Positions 11,375 to 24,959 of a DNA stretch of 45,621 nt are shown piece by piece. The stretch lies in contig NW_005434540.1 in the NCBI RefSeq assembly GCF_000315625.1, positions 133,313 to 178,933 on the forward strand. The letters run 5' to 3'. The position numbers and the translations under genes were made by a program. The number at the start of each line of letters is the position of its first letter. The first letter of the stretch is position 1. Origin of the DNA: Guillardia theta CCMP2712 (taxonomy: Eukaryota > Protista > Cryptophyta). Below the pieces are notes generated by a model. That model was not told where the DNA came from and made no database searches. It saw nothing but the letters and a program-made list of their open reading frames with translations.

Positions 11375-13452
11375 ATGTCGGACGGAGATCAGCCCAGGAA
11401 GCTAGCCCCCCCCTCCTCCTCCCCTCCCCCTCCCCCTCCCCCCTCCGCCCTCCTCGCTCCTCACTCCTCCTCGCTCCTCCTCCCTACTCCTCCCTACTCC
11501 TCCCGCCTCCTCCGTCCATCTTATCCTCCTCGACTTTTTCTCTTCTTCCTGACAAGATTGCTTGAACGTTACCTGGTCTTTCAATGTTTGCTTGCTTGCT
11601 CACTCTGCTTTCCTACATTCTTCTCTATGCAATCTGCCAGTCTGTCGATCGATTGCGACTTATGCTGAGGATTTGAGTTGTCAATGCATGTAAAAATGGA
11701 TGACCCGTTCGAAGCCCTGATATCTCACATAAGATGAAGGGAGTGATGAATTTGGTCTTGTTGCTTGCATGATGCTGCGAAGTCGAGATTATGATGCTCT
11801 TGAGATGAGCGATTTGCATATGTTTTACTGTTAGTGATCGTAGTGGATTGTAGGAAGAGGAGGAGATGGGATGCTGCACCAACAGAAATGGAAGGAGCTG
11901 CAGCTGGTAATGCCTTCAGACGAGTCATCAAACAGTTGGTTTGTGATCGTTGTTTTAGTGTTTGCTGCTGGCTTGGCGTTAGCAATGCAGCTTTGGTAGG
12001 TTTGGGTGATTTGTATATTTCTCGTCACTAGGTAATGGCGGCGGGGCCTCCGCTGGTGCAGGTTCGTTAGGAACCGCAGCGTCAGCTCAAGATGCAGCGG
12101 TAAGATGATGAAACCAAGAGAACCTTCTCTGTATCACCCTCACGCTGTTACCTTCCTTGACTGGGAGCTGTGATCCTTGTCTTGCTTGACTTCTTCTGAT
12201 CTGACGTTTCCTAGCTCTTGTCTGTGGGTTTGTCGCCTTGTCATTGCTTGACCCTTTCAATGCAGGCGAGGATCAATGCCGCTCTCGCGGGTCAACCGGT
12301 TCCTCCCTTGCCTCCTGGAGGACCTGCGACAACACCGGCAGCGTTGCAAGCGGCGGCGGTGGCGGCGGCGGCGGCAGCGCAACTTGCTGGGGGTTTCAAG
12401 ACAACTGTCAAAGTTGTAGAGATCAATGGATCACCAGCCTCGCAAAGGAACATTCTTACTCGAGGCACATGGCAGAAGGAAGTGACTGCCAAGAGTGGAG
12501 CAGCAGTCGTCACCAAGGGAAAGTTCTACTCGCCTGAGGAACTGGCGCAACGAAAGGATGGCGATGAAATCCCTCTCTCGTTGGAGGTATCAGCGTTTGA
12601 CGCGCGACAAGTCGACAAGGCTGTAGATTTGATCCGGGAGATTATGAACGATACGCCGCTGCCGGACCCGAGAGCGCTTTCGAAGCAAGTGGCAGATGGG
12701 TTTGCCGTGAAAAAGGTCTTTGTTGGACTGGAAGATGCTCCTCCTACTTTCAGCGTCATCGGAAAGATTCTTGGACCCAAAGGCTCATACCTGAAGCACA
12801 TCAACACGATCTCTGGCGCTCGGGTTGACCTGCGTGGGAAAGGCTCTCGACAGCTGCCGGGGGTACCAGGAGCTGATCTTCCTCTGCACATAGAGATCTC
12901 GTCTCGGGTGGAGTCTCAGGTGGAGGAAGCTGTTCGTCTGGTAGAAGACCTCGTCGGGACTGTCAAAGCAGATTACGAGAAGTATAAGAAATCGCAGGAG
13001 AGGAACAACTTCAACTCCATGATCCCAAAGCCTCCGCTCCCTCCAGGGTGGGAGCAGGCGTTTGATCCGAGCGGAAGGGTGTACTACATCAACCACAACG
13101 ACAAGACTACCTCCTGGACGCCTCCGGTCATGCCTCCTGGCCCAGAGGCAGCACAAGGATACCCAGGTCAAGTCCCTCCAGCTGCAGGCTACTACGGATA
13201 CCCGGTAAGCTGCTGTCTCTTCCCCCTATCGCCTGATCCCTCCAACAGGGCTACGACCCCAACGCCTACTATGGAGCTTACGGCTACGACCCCAACGCCT
13301 ATGCCCAGTACTACAACTACTACGGGCATGGCACAGCCGAGGGACAAGCGGCTGGTGAAGGTCAGGGAGGCCAGGAGGGACAGGCCCCTGCTGGACAAAC
13401 AGGTGGAGAAGCGCAGGGAAGTCAAGCAGCTGCAGCTCAACCGCAGGCGTGA
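11375..13452 (+). CDS. KH-domain RNA-binding protein (KHDC4/BLOM7/RIK-like) with a WW domain
   Basis: KRRRWD N-terminal motif, VEING...RNILTRGTWQ...GAAVVTKGKF, KILGPKGSYLKHI...GARVDLRGKGS...PLHIEI, WW domain LPPGWEQAFDPSGRVYYINHNDKTTSWTPP, Tyr-rich tail, TGA at 13450-13452. Confidence 0.85.
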
Positions 13453-13597
13453 GGTAGGGAGAAGAGGAAGATCGATACATGTTGACGTGATTGAACCTTT
13501 AAAGCATCTTGAAACTTTTCCTCCCTTCTCCTCGTCCTCCTCTGATAGAGATGATTGTCCACACACCACCTAGTAGCCCAGACCATGTGCAGGAGCG

Positions 13598-15874
13598 TCA
13601 TCTAATGCCTCCTTTCTCCACAAGCGATCCGTTGAAAGCAATTTCCAGCTCCTGTGCAAAGATCAGTCTCCTCCTCCACCCCACTCATCTACGACTCTGC
13701 GCGTTTCCGTCGACTCCCGCTGAATCGTTTCTCCTCTTTCCCTGCACAGACCGTCAGCTTTCGCCCACTTCTCCCCTTTCCCTCCACCTCCTTCCTTCCC
13801 TCCCCTCTCCCCATCACTCCCCGTGCTCTGCTTACCCGACATGAACATCCTCCTCGTAGATGATGCTCGGCAGCCGCAGTCGATCGTCTCCAGCCGAGAA
13901 CTGGACGATTTCTTAAGCCCCTCCTCCTCGTCCTCCTTTGCAACTTACAGATCTCTTCACGCGGATGAGTTCGTTCCGATTGAAATCCTGCAAAGGAGGT
14001 GATGAGAAAGGAGAGGAGGAATAGGCATCAACACCTCGTCGTTCTTGAGAGGATCAAGATTCTTGCTTCTGCATATGCAAGTCAGCAACATCAGCGGGGG
14101 AGGGAGGACGGAGCTCACTTGGCCGTAGGAGTGAGAGGAGGGCTCGGCGGCAGATACTCGTTGAGAGGCGATACGCGTTGGCGCATGTCGAACATGCTGG
14201 AGCCGGGAGAGTGCATGTCCATGCTTATCCTCGCATGCTCCAGTATCTTGGTGGTTGACAGCCGAAGCTCTTCCTCCATCTCTGGGAAGAAGGGGAGCAG
14301 CCGCGCGTAGTCCTCTCGCTCCAGCACGTAGAGGGTCCCGTCGGTCTGAGCTCGGATGGTCGTCGTGCGGATAGTGCGGTGCTGCAGGGCGATCTCACCG
14401 AACCATGCGCCGGGGCTGAGGCTCTCCAGGACTGTGACTCCGTCAGGAGCGATGACGTTGAGGATGCCCTTCTCGAGGAGGAACATCTCCTGCCCGATCT
14501 CTCCCGAGATCATGATGTCGTCACCCTGCAAGAACGTCTCGGGCTTGAGCACCTGAACAACGCTGAAGACGAAGCCCTTGGCTCCCGTGTTGAGGAAAGG
14601 AACACCTCGCACCAGCTTCTCCGCGTTGTGCATGGTGAGCTCGCGGCGGAGGCTTCTCGAGACGTACTCGAGCACCTCCTTCTCGTCCGACCCTCCGTTT
14701 GTCATCCACCGCATCTCCATGTACTCCCTCACCCGCTGCCGCAGCTCCAGCGGCACCTTGCGCCTTCCCATGTAGTGGTTGAGCCTTTCCACCTGCCCCA
14801 TGTACCGCACCCTCTCCGCGTCCATCTCCATGAGGAGGCTAATGCAGACAGCGATGAAGGACGAGTAAAGGACCGAGCCGGACAAGGAGCAGATCACCGC
14901 CAGAATGTCCTCCGGGTACGTCGAGCCCGTCGCTTGATCGTGACCGCACATGAACGCAACTGCCGTCCTCAAGCCTCGCAGGTAATACCTGGCTGTGCAA
15001 GTTGTCGATGCCATGCAGGAGGGGTCTCCTCCCAACGCGTTGCCTCCTGTGGGCAGGTCGATGATGCGATAGTCGCTGTTCACACTCGTCCACACCCAGC
15101 ACTCAGCACAAGTAGTCCAGTGGAGCCAGATGAAGCAGCAGGAGATCCAGACGATGATCTTCCACATGAAGTGAGAAAGTCGAACGTCCAGGTTGAGCTG
15201 CAGCACTTGGACGATCCGCGCGAGCCTCGAGATTTTGAAGCAGCGAAGGATCTTGGAGACCCGCGCTCCCTTCACCATCGAGTTCTCGGTGAAACCCGTG
15301 AAGGCTTCGGGAGGAAGTGACGATACGAGGTCCAGTATAAGCCATCCTTTGGCGTAGAAGTAAGCGACAGGCCGGTAGTGCATGATCACCCTTTGCTCCT
15401 TCTTGTCGATGTAGCCAGTCAAGAAATTCAAGATGATATCGAGCATGAAGAACACAGTGACAATACGGTCAGTCACATTGAGGAAAGATGACGGAGATGT
15501 GTCGTTTGTGAAAGCGATGCTGACAGGATCAGAGATCAGCGCATAAGCTGTTATGATGAACATAAATCCATCCCAACTCCTGCAAAACACGTTCACATCC
15601 AAAACAAAATAAGTAACAAATTTGTTACATGCGAGCAAATGAATTCGGGTGTAGCGGGACTGCTCCAGTCTGCAAGAATCTTTGGAAGGCATTCAATTCA
15701 GGGTCAGTGAGTTTCTGAAGGCTTTCTCGGAATTCTTGCAACTCCTGTGAAATGCATGAGAAATGTCGCCATCACAATCTTGAGACTTGAAATCATCACG
15801 ATCATCTCATGCGCCTTATTGTTATCATGACCTCCATCATCATAATTCTCCTCCTCCTCCTCCTCCTCCTCATT

Positions 15875-15908
<34 letters not shown>

Positions 15909-16630
15909 ACGACAACTTCCTCGCAACCATAGCGTTTCCTCTCGTCGCATGTCCAACCTTGTCATTGGTTATGGCACTTGTCTGGCCTTGACTGCAGCCT
16001 GACGCCACGCCCTCGGCAAGAAGAGCTGTGTCCTCCTGCACAACATCTCAGAGCTCCCTTTACCATCCCTACCACTCGCACTTTCTTCAGCACAGTCTCG
16101 TAGCAGGACAGGGAAGTGTTTTCCCTCCTCAGGGTTTGTCTCTTCAGGAAAGGATTCTGCAGGCTGCGGCAACGTCTCAGTCACCAAGAGGTCATCCCAA
16201 TCAAAACCTCATGGACTTGCGGAAAGACAAGCGGTCAGGCCGCTTGCTGAAATGTCCATCGTCGCCGGGGTCCGTGTGGCTATGGCGAGCGAGACTATGG
16301 GACCTCAAGACGTCGGTGTTGACGTCCAGGGACGCGGCTCGTCCGAATTCTTCTTCCCTTGCTCCCTCATGGAAGGATGTGTGGTGCACAATCCTCTGGA
16401 TGTTTCGACTCCGTGGGATGTCCATGCTATGAACGTGCCTGTCCCCGTGTCCGTTCCCTTGCGGCTGACCCTCCATCCCGCTATTGCTTCTCCTCAAGGC
16501 CGGAGCCTGGTTAGAGTTGACCTCTATCTTGTCCATGTCTTGGTATACCACTTGTTTAAATCATCTCACCTCATCGTCACGGGGCTGAAAGAGGCAACGG
16601 TGGTCAGAACGACTCCAAGCTTGCTTCTAT
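13598..16630 (-). CDS. Cyclic-nucleotide-gated or HCN-like voltage-gated cation channel
   Basis: WDGFMFI..., LDIILNFLTGY, Y.KGWLILDLVSSLP, S4 ARVSKILRCFKISRLAR, C-linker YMGRRKVPLELRQRVREY, CNBD GEIGQEMFLL...FGEIAL...RTTTIRA. Terminal exons and start are approximate. Confidence 0.88.
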
Positions 16631-17752
16631 TCTGTGGTATTCTATTCTTGGCGTCTATCTTCTAATTGTTTCTTGCTTCCATCATGAGCTGTGTAACTTG
16701 TCGTCACAAGGCTCAACTTCATCTTCCAGCGTCCCCCCTCCCCCCCCCCTCCCTCCCTCCCTCCCTCCCTCCCTCCCTCCCTCCCTCCTTCCCTCCCTCC
16801 CCACCTCCCTCCCTCCCTCCCTCTCTGACTTCCTATCACACACACATTCTCTCTCTCTCTCTCTTTATCACTCTCTCTTACTCTCCAACTCTCTCTCACT
16901 CTCTCTCACTCTCTCTCTTCCTTGTTTAAGTTTTTTTCTTCTTTTTTCCTCTTTTTTCATTGCTCTAACACCTTCTTCCCCTCCACATGTGAACTCAAAT
17001 ACTACCCCACCCCTCCATCGCCATTGTACCCCACCCTTCGGATTACTGACCTTTCACCTCACTACCCCGGTGCCGATTGTACCTACCCTTCACAACCACA
17101 TCAATCTACTACCCGTTGTGGATCATTTTGGTATCAAAATACCGGTTTATTGCACACATATTTTACGGGTACATTGAAGATGAATGCTGCCCTCACCCCT
17201 ACTAGATTGTGTACCCTCTCAATCTTGTATGTTGTCTGCCCATGGAACAACGAGCAAAGGGGTTATACCACCCACCAGTTGTTGCGTACCCCTTATTACT
17301 TACACCCCACCCATACTAATGACTACCCAACCCCCAAAATCATGATCTCTCCCCAAGGAACAGTCACCCCACCCACGGTCCACTACTCGCTATCATCATA
17401 CTCTCCACCCCTTCAACTTGATACCCAACTTCTTTTGTCCTACCGTACCCCACAAGAAACCATCACCCTCTGAATGTACCACCTCTCCTTCCACCACCAC
17501 CCTCCTCTTAGAAGTCCATACCCCCTGATCATCCCACCCTCCCAGAGCTTGATCCCGGGAATTAACCCACCCCACCCACCCATTGACTTCCTTTACTTCA
17601 TTCCGTCCCACATCCGATCCCTCCCCTCATCCCCGCCCTCATCCCTCCCCTCATCCCCTCTTTCCCATGTGAAGAAAGTAACGATATGTAACGTTAATCA
17701 AATAACCGTCGAGTAGACACTGTAACGGAAAAGGACAGGTCAACAGCGCGCC

Positions 17753-19294
17753 ATGTTCTTGACGAGGTAAGGAAGGGAAACTTGAGGGTAAATGGCGGGG
17801 GTGGGGGGGGGAGGAGAAGGATGGGAAGGAAGGGAAAGGGGAGAGAGGGAGAGATGAGAAGAGAGGAGGAAAGGAGAAGGAGAGGACAGTCGCTGGGGGA
17901 GAGAGAGGAAAGAGAGGAAAGGGGAAGAATCCGACTGGTTGGTGCGAAGATTAGAGTTGAGGAAAAATGAAGAAAGTTGGGTTCAAGGTGCATGCCGATG
18001 AGCATGGTTGTGAATGATATGAAAGTGCTTGTTTTACCCTCTATGCGAAAGGACGGCGAGAATTTTCATGTCAGTTGTGGAGCTGACATTTATTGCTGTC
18101 GTGTCGAAAAATTTAAGTTTTATCATGTGAGGATGATGCTCGAGGAATAACCTCGCAAAGATTTTGGAAGCCGTGTGTAGAAGAAAGCTGATGCAGGGCG
18201 AAAACATTCATGCTCATGTGTCGATGTGATTTGACATGAATAGAGCTCGATGTGCGCTTTGAGGAAGGGTTTGTGTGTCATGATAAGCTTGCGATGAGAT
18301 GGGGTGAGAGTGTACAGTGAGAAGAATATCAGACCGTGATTTTTGTTTGTACTGGATGAACATAGATGGATTATACATTGATGGTACATAGGGAATGCAA
18401 TCGAGGAACACACAATCTTGATCTGACGGCCACCGTGCCAGGAGTGAGTATGATCGTGGAGTGAACACATTTTCGCCGGAGGGCCGTTTGTTCCAGGTGG
18501 AGTATGCGATCGAGGCCATCAAGGTTGTCCCTCACTTCCCCCCTCTCCGTCTGATGAAAGCCCTGCAGTTGGGATCTACGGCCATCGGCATTCAGACATC
18601 CGAAGGAGTCGTGCTGGCCGTGGAGAAGCGTGTGACTTCTCCTCTGCTTGACCCCACCAGCATAGAGAAGATCATGGAGCTTGATAGTCACATCGGATGT
18701 GCCATGTCTGGCCTCACTGCAGATGCTCGAACACTAGTTGACAAGGCGCGGGTGGAGACACAGAATCATAGGTTTACCTATGATGAGCCCATGACTGTGG
18801 AGTCTTGTACACAAGCGATCTGTGATTATGCTCTTCAGTTCGGTGAAGAAGGGGCGCCAATGTGATACTTGGTTCTTTCCCATCCCTTGCCTGGCTCATC
18901 TCCTTGACAGGTCTCGCCCCTTCGGTGTGGCGCTGCTGGTCGCAGGAGTTGATGAGTATGGACCCTCGTTGTTCCACACGGACCCGTCAGGAACTTTTGT
19001 AAAGTACGAGGCGAAAGCGATTGGTGCGGGCAGCGAAGGAGCTCAAACGGCCTTGCAAGAGTCTTACAGCAGCTCCATGACACTTGCCGAGGCTGAAGTG
19101 CTTGCACTGTCGACATTAAAGCAGGTCGTTGTGTGAAGAAAGTGTATTTTTTTTCATGCCTAAAAGAAACGTGGCAGGTGATGGAAGAGAAGCTGGACAA
19201 CAAGAACGTCGAGCTCGCGTCTGTGCGATCAAGTGATGCAAAGTTCAAGATCTACTCAACGGCGGAGTTGGAAGCTGTTATTGAAAGACTCTGA
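17753..19294 (+). CDS. PSMA5: 20S proteasome subunit alpha-5
   Basis: MFLTR (17753, gtaagg donor) spliced to [27 protein letters not shown]|LGSTAIG...SRPFGVALL...[11 protein letters not shown]...LKQ|VMEEKL...IERL*. Confidence 0.97.
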
Positions 19295-19579
19295 ATGAAC
19301 CGGAAGACCTGAGACAATGTCGAGATGATTCCCCTTTAACTTTTTCCTCGGATCCTTGCGACTGATGAGTGTTTGGGTCAGAAGAAGCTGCAGTCAGGAG
19401 AGAGGCGAACAAGTGTCTGGCTGCTTATCGTTGACTGGCTGCTTATCCTTGACTTACTGCTCACAACCAAGGTGGCAGAGGCGCACGAACATGACTGGAC
19501 CAACGAATTCTCATGTGTAGCGATTCATTTTGAGATGATAGAATTTACAAGGCTCCTCTCACTTGCCGTGTCCTTGCCC

Positions 19580-21010
19580 TCACATCAAAGGCTCTAGTAT
19601 GCCATCGTCATCCAGATAGCTGTGATGCAGGTGCCCGATGTCCTCGTGGGCATTGTCGAACCACTCCACCATGCAAGTGAAGGGAGAGTTGGGCCTCGAG
19701 CAAGGATGCGCGTCCGCCTCCTTCTCGCTACTATTGACGCATCCTGCTAGAGCAGCCACAAGGTCGGCGTCACTGCAGGCAGATGATCGAGCATGCGGCT
19801 TCGTCTCCGAGCACGCGTCAGCTGCCAGCGCTTGCACGAGCGCGTCGTCGAGGTCGGAGATGGGCATCGGGTCGCTCGATCGAGACGCTTTAGACGTCGA
19901 GCCGAAGTTTTGCTGCGCAGCCGCATCGCCGTCGTGACTTTTGGCACACTGTACGAGAGAGTCAATCATGTCATCGTCGGATATCTTCGAGGGCCGTGCA
20001 GGAGCTTGCGGCGCCTTGTCTGCAATCTGATGCTGCGCCTTCACACTCTGCCGCTCCAACTTGTCCTTCTTCCCGAATGAAAGGATTTCAACCTTTGTGT
20101 GGCCATTCTCCTGATGAAACACGATCTGCGCCCCTGCTGATAGCTGTGCTGCGATCTCTGGAGGCAGCGACAGCTCAAGTTTGACTGTCCGATCCTCGTC
20201 GCTCTGTGTGTGCCCTGAGTTCGCTGGTCGAGTTTCTCTGCGCTCGCTCGCAACATCCCTAAGGGTTTGACTCTTTCTGCTTGCATCATTCGACGCGTGC
20301 AGGTCTTCTGCGATCATAGACACGTATGTCGCACCAGCATCCTTGGCAAGTCCTTCCCTTGGGAGCTCATGCACAGCTCGACATGGAGCGGTCGGACATT
20401 CCTCAAGCACATCGCCAGCCAATTTCGATGGGCAGAGTGACTTCCTAGGAGAGTGTTCGGGAGTGGAGAAAGAAGACTTGGAATGAGGAGATCCTGTTGT
20501 GGCTTAAGGTCAGCGGGCGAGGGCAAGGGCCTTAGTTTTACCATAGGTGTGAGGTAACTCCTCTCGCTCTCTCTGCAGTTTCTTCAGCTCTTGGAGAGCT
20601 TTCATGCGATCTTGACTGTCTTCAGGGCTCTTGAGCTCTAGAAGTTTGATTTTCTACAGGTAGTGAGGATTCCCAATGTTCAAATACACCTTCACCTTTT
20701 CTATCATCTGCATCCGACGATATGGCCAACGGATAATCCCATGCTGACGACAGACTTTTTTCAACGAAGAAAGACATATGCCAAACTGCTTGGCAACTTC
20801 TTTCACTGGCAACTGCGCCAAGGTTGTTAGCTTTGCCAACTCGACAACTTTTCCATCACATGAAGAAACTCGCGAAGGTTCTCTGCCGTAATACCCTGAC
20901 CTGATGGCAGGTTCTTGGGAGAGGCAGCTGACATTCTTCGCGTTTAATCGACTGTTGAAACGCACATGGATCAGATGGTCACTCCATTCAGAGTGTCTTT
21001 CTCTCAAGTC
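19580..21010 (-). CDS. RWP-RK transcription factor; further 5' exons possible up to ~21530
   Basis: LPVKEVAKQFGICLSSLKKVCRQHGIIRWPYRR, then a long 3' exon (the 19580-20422 ORF) with repeated acidic D-D-x-L-V-x-A-L motifs. Confidence 0.88.
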
Positions 21011-22847
21011 ACTCTTCACCTTCCCTAAACCCTAAATCCTAAGTACCTTCTTTACTTCTCATTTACCTTTGCTGATTCATTCTCTTTCTCATCACCTCAA
21101 GACCTCATACAGACCTCTTCATCTTGTTCTAATCACCTAATCATCTATTGTCACTGCGTTGCTGTTAAATTTCACCATGCATCATGAACCTATGCTGTTG
21201 TGTCACTCTCGCTGCTGCCATTGGCGTAGCTCAAATTGATCACCATGACGATCATAATCATCTTCGTCGTCATGGCATCATTTCTCATCCCTTGATTAAT
21301 TGCAACATACAACAAGTAAAGTCAACGCTCACTTGCCGCTCCTGGTTTCTCAGATTCGGTTAGTAATGCAAGACTGGATCCTCAATCTGCATTCTGCGTA
21401 CATAATTCAGCGCTAGTTGAGCTGTACTTGAGGCCTTTGAAGAATTGTGCATAACTATCATCTTCATTCCCATCTCCTGCCGCTCTTTCTTATCCTATCA
21501 TCCTCAGACAACCGATCGCTTTCTCTGCATGTTCCTCTTCCCTTCCCACTACCCCTACCCTGCACCTACATAGATCCCTACCCCCCTCCATGACCTGTCT
21601 TGACTACCCCACCTGAGTACCATCGATACACTCTATGCTCTAACCGGTACTGAAGCACCCGACCCTCCTAGCATTAATAATTGCCTCGCTTCTAGGAGAG
21701 GTGACTCTCCCTACTACCCTCAGGACCGGACCCCCTAATCATACTACCCTACCCCCACAAAAATCTTTAACCCCCTCGGTAGATTCGGGCCAGTGGAATC
21801 GTTTGTACCCTCAGCAAGTCTTTAGTTAATTTAAGTACTTGAAATGATTAGTTACCCGCGCCTGCAGTGCGTTCCGAAGTTCACATGGCATGCCGGTGAC
21901 TCTCGGCGGCGGACTCGGGAGCTCAGCTCGGAGTCAGCACTGCCGCGACTGATGCCATCCGCATGATCATCCGAGTCGCGGATTCTCGCCCGGCCGATCA
22001 ACTCCCATCCTCAATGATAGCTCGTGCCGCAAGAGCCGCAATGATCAGATTGAATGAAGAAAAAACCGGCCGCGGGCGGCTTGAAAGTTGAACAGCGGCT
22101 CCGGGACTCCGAGGCTTGAAAAAGCAAAGGTACCGGCCCGGTAAAGCGGAACTTCGAACGGTACTCCAGAGTGACTACTAAAGCGGTGTGTGGCAACGTC
22201 CGAGTGATCGGACCGTATCGGACCGTGCGGTCAAGCCTTGAAGACTGGAGGCCCTGAGGCCCTCGACGGACCAGCCGCAGTCACCCGGTGTCAAGTTGAG
22301 GGCAGTCCACAGCGGCTGGTAACTTCAGCGGCTCTTTCACAGGCTAGCTGATGGTGCCGCGAGTGCGGACCGTTGAGGGATCTGGGCCTGCATAATGGCC
22401 TGGGCGAAGTTTCAACTCAGTCTCGATACGGTCACCGATGACTTGCCTACTGCGCAGGCACAGCAACAAATTAGACAGCGAGGAGACTGCCGTAATGACT
22501 ACATTCTCCGAAGCAGCTGCTTGTTCGGGCGGGCCGGGCCCGCGGCGTCGCCGCCCCGGACAGTACCGGGTCTCCAATGGACTTCAAGTTTACTCAAAGT
22601 TAAGCTAATTTTAAATATCGCAGTACGAGCGAGTCCGACAATCACCACCTGGCTGATGTATTATTACTATTATATATGGTACAGATAGATAACTAATCAA
22701 GAGTTATATGGAGCAAAGTCTTGTACCTGATATGCTGTTCGGGACCTCTAAAATTGTACCATAAATATTATTAAGTAAATATATTGGTAGTGTTTTTTTG
22801 TAACTTCTTGTGCTGTTGTGTCTCTTCTTACAACTGCGAGATAAGAA

Positions 22848-24879
22848 ATGGTGGCAGTAATGCTCGCGTTCTAGAGGCGACTCGCCACTTCCTGATACAC
22901 CTCCCCTTCTCTCCTCTCTCCTCTCCGCTGCTCTTTTCCTCTCTCCTCCTCTCCACTCCAGCATTTGCTTTTCCCCTTGTTCTTGAATTGTTTAGTCCAT
23001 TTCCCCCTTCTCCACGCAATCGCTTCAGCACGACGTACATTTGCGAACCATGGCCTGTGAGATTCTGGGATCGCGACTTGCTCTCTTCATTGTAAATGGC
23101 TTGACCCTTATCTTTGGATGCGTCCTCATTTTCTACGGTACCGTGGGTAGGGCAGACGCATGGATGTACGCGGTTCGTTGATCTGCACTGGCAGGCTATA
23201 TCCGGATGGGTAAAGAGAAGACAGTAGGACATGTCACCAATGCTTTCGCGCTTGTCATCTCCATGGGCACCTTGACGCTTGTTGTCTCACTTTTTGGCTT
23301 GATCGGATCATGCTGTGCAAGGTGAGATCATTTAACAATCTTATGGGTACCTGAGCAGCGCGATAGACCACCAAAGCTGGATGAAGAAGGAAATCCAATA
23401 GAGATGAAGAACTGGAAGAAATATTCTAACAGGATTTTGATGGTTTACTTCACCATTATCATGATTATCTCCGCGTGCTTGCTCTATGGTGCCCTGCTTT
23501 GCTTTATCTGGAGCGAGAAGGCAGCAGAGTACACCACTTCATACGTAAGGGATGTGAAGGATGAAGACTACGCTAACGTGCGCTTGCAGTGGGATGTTCT
23601 CCAGCAGATCCTTGAGGGAACATCGTGGGATCCGAAATCCTTAGGAAACGCTATGAAAAAGAGCGCAGCTGCAGCTGGAGGGTTCTGTCTGCTCTCCATC
23701 TTCTTGAATCTCCTCTGCGCACATTGTAGCGCGATGCTGATGGGATACAAGTACACGGCTCGGAAGACGGTCGTCTTCATCAACCTGACCGGGTTTGTTA
23801 TCGGTATCTAATCCTGGCTGCTACTTCTCGATAGTGACTTGCCTGCTGCACAGGCACAGCAACTGTCATCATCGCATTTATGCCCTCGACGAAGGAAGTT
23901 GGGGTGAAGAACAGTTGGCTTCCTTCCGTGGTCGGTACCTTTGGCGTCCTTCTCATGTTCTTTGCCATCATTGGCGGATACGCTGCTTTAAGATTGAAAT
24001 CGGTGTGTGGCAATGGAGAGTTTGAGTGGATGGTGGTGACTTGCTGGCAGAGCTTGCTGCTGCTCAACGGGATCTGTTTGTCTGTGATCTCCATCATCTT
24101 CTTTTCTTTTGGGATCTTCTGTCTGGTGGATGCCAAGGATGCGTCAAATCTGCTCTCAAGCCAACTCTATTGTGATCCTGCTCCGCCCTTCCTAGCAACC
24201 GCTGACGATGGTCTCAGCTATCAAGACTCGATTTGTTGACGTGTGTCCGGAGTGTTGTGTTGCTCCTGATTCTCCTCTCCCCAAGTACTGCACCAAACCT
24301 CCCGACAATTCCTCTCTCATCGTCATCAATGGCACGATCATCTCGCTGGCTGTAAAAGACACGGTCTATTGTTGCAAGGAGATGAGGTTCTTCTTCTACT
24401 TTCCTTTCTTGTGTCCTTGAATGTTGACTATCTGCCAGCCAATCCGACTTCGAAGGTTGCTGTCAGAAGGTGAAAGCTGTTCTCCTTCTCTAACATCTCT
24501 GATCCTCTCCTGCAGAAAGCTGGTCTCCTTGTGTGGAACAACCTCAGCTTGCTCGGCGTGACTTGCACAATTTCCTTCATGGCCATCCTCATGAACTTAA
24601 TCGGCAGCTTCTACCTGTACGTCACTCCTGCCTGCCTCTTCGTCTCTCCGTCTCCCACTGACCTTCAGTCCTTGTTTGAAACGATCATGCAGGTACAGGA
24701 AGATACGGCGAGAACTTGCTGAAGAGGTTATGAAAGGAGAGCTCGATGGGCTTGAAGGAGGTGATTTCAACGACGAGAACGTCTCTAGGTAAGAGCTGCT
24801 GCTTCACCGTCGGACAATCACCTCATACTCCCACAGGTCCCACAAGTACCGTGCGCAGGAGCCTGATGATGACTTGTAG
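22848..24879 (+). CDS. Multi-pass membrane protein, tetraspanin-like (apparently two 4-TM modules)
   Basis: Hydrophobic exons GTLTLVVSLFGLIGSCCA, ILMVYFTIIMII, GVLLMFFAIIGGYAA, Cys-rich loop CPECC...YC...YCC...GCC, WNNLSLLGV; stop at 24877-24879. The start is uncertain. Confidence 0.65.
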
Positions 24880-24959
24880 TTTGAGTATTGTTATGATAAG
24901 TAAATGAAACCGAATCTCTCCTCCTCCTCCTCCTCCTCCTCCTCCTCTTCCTCGCTGGT

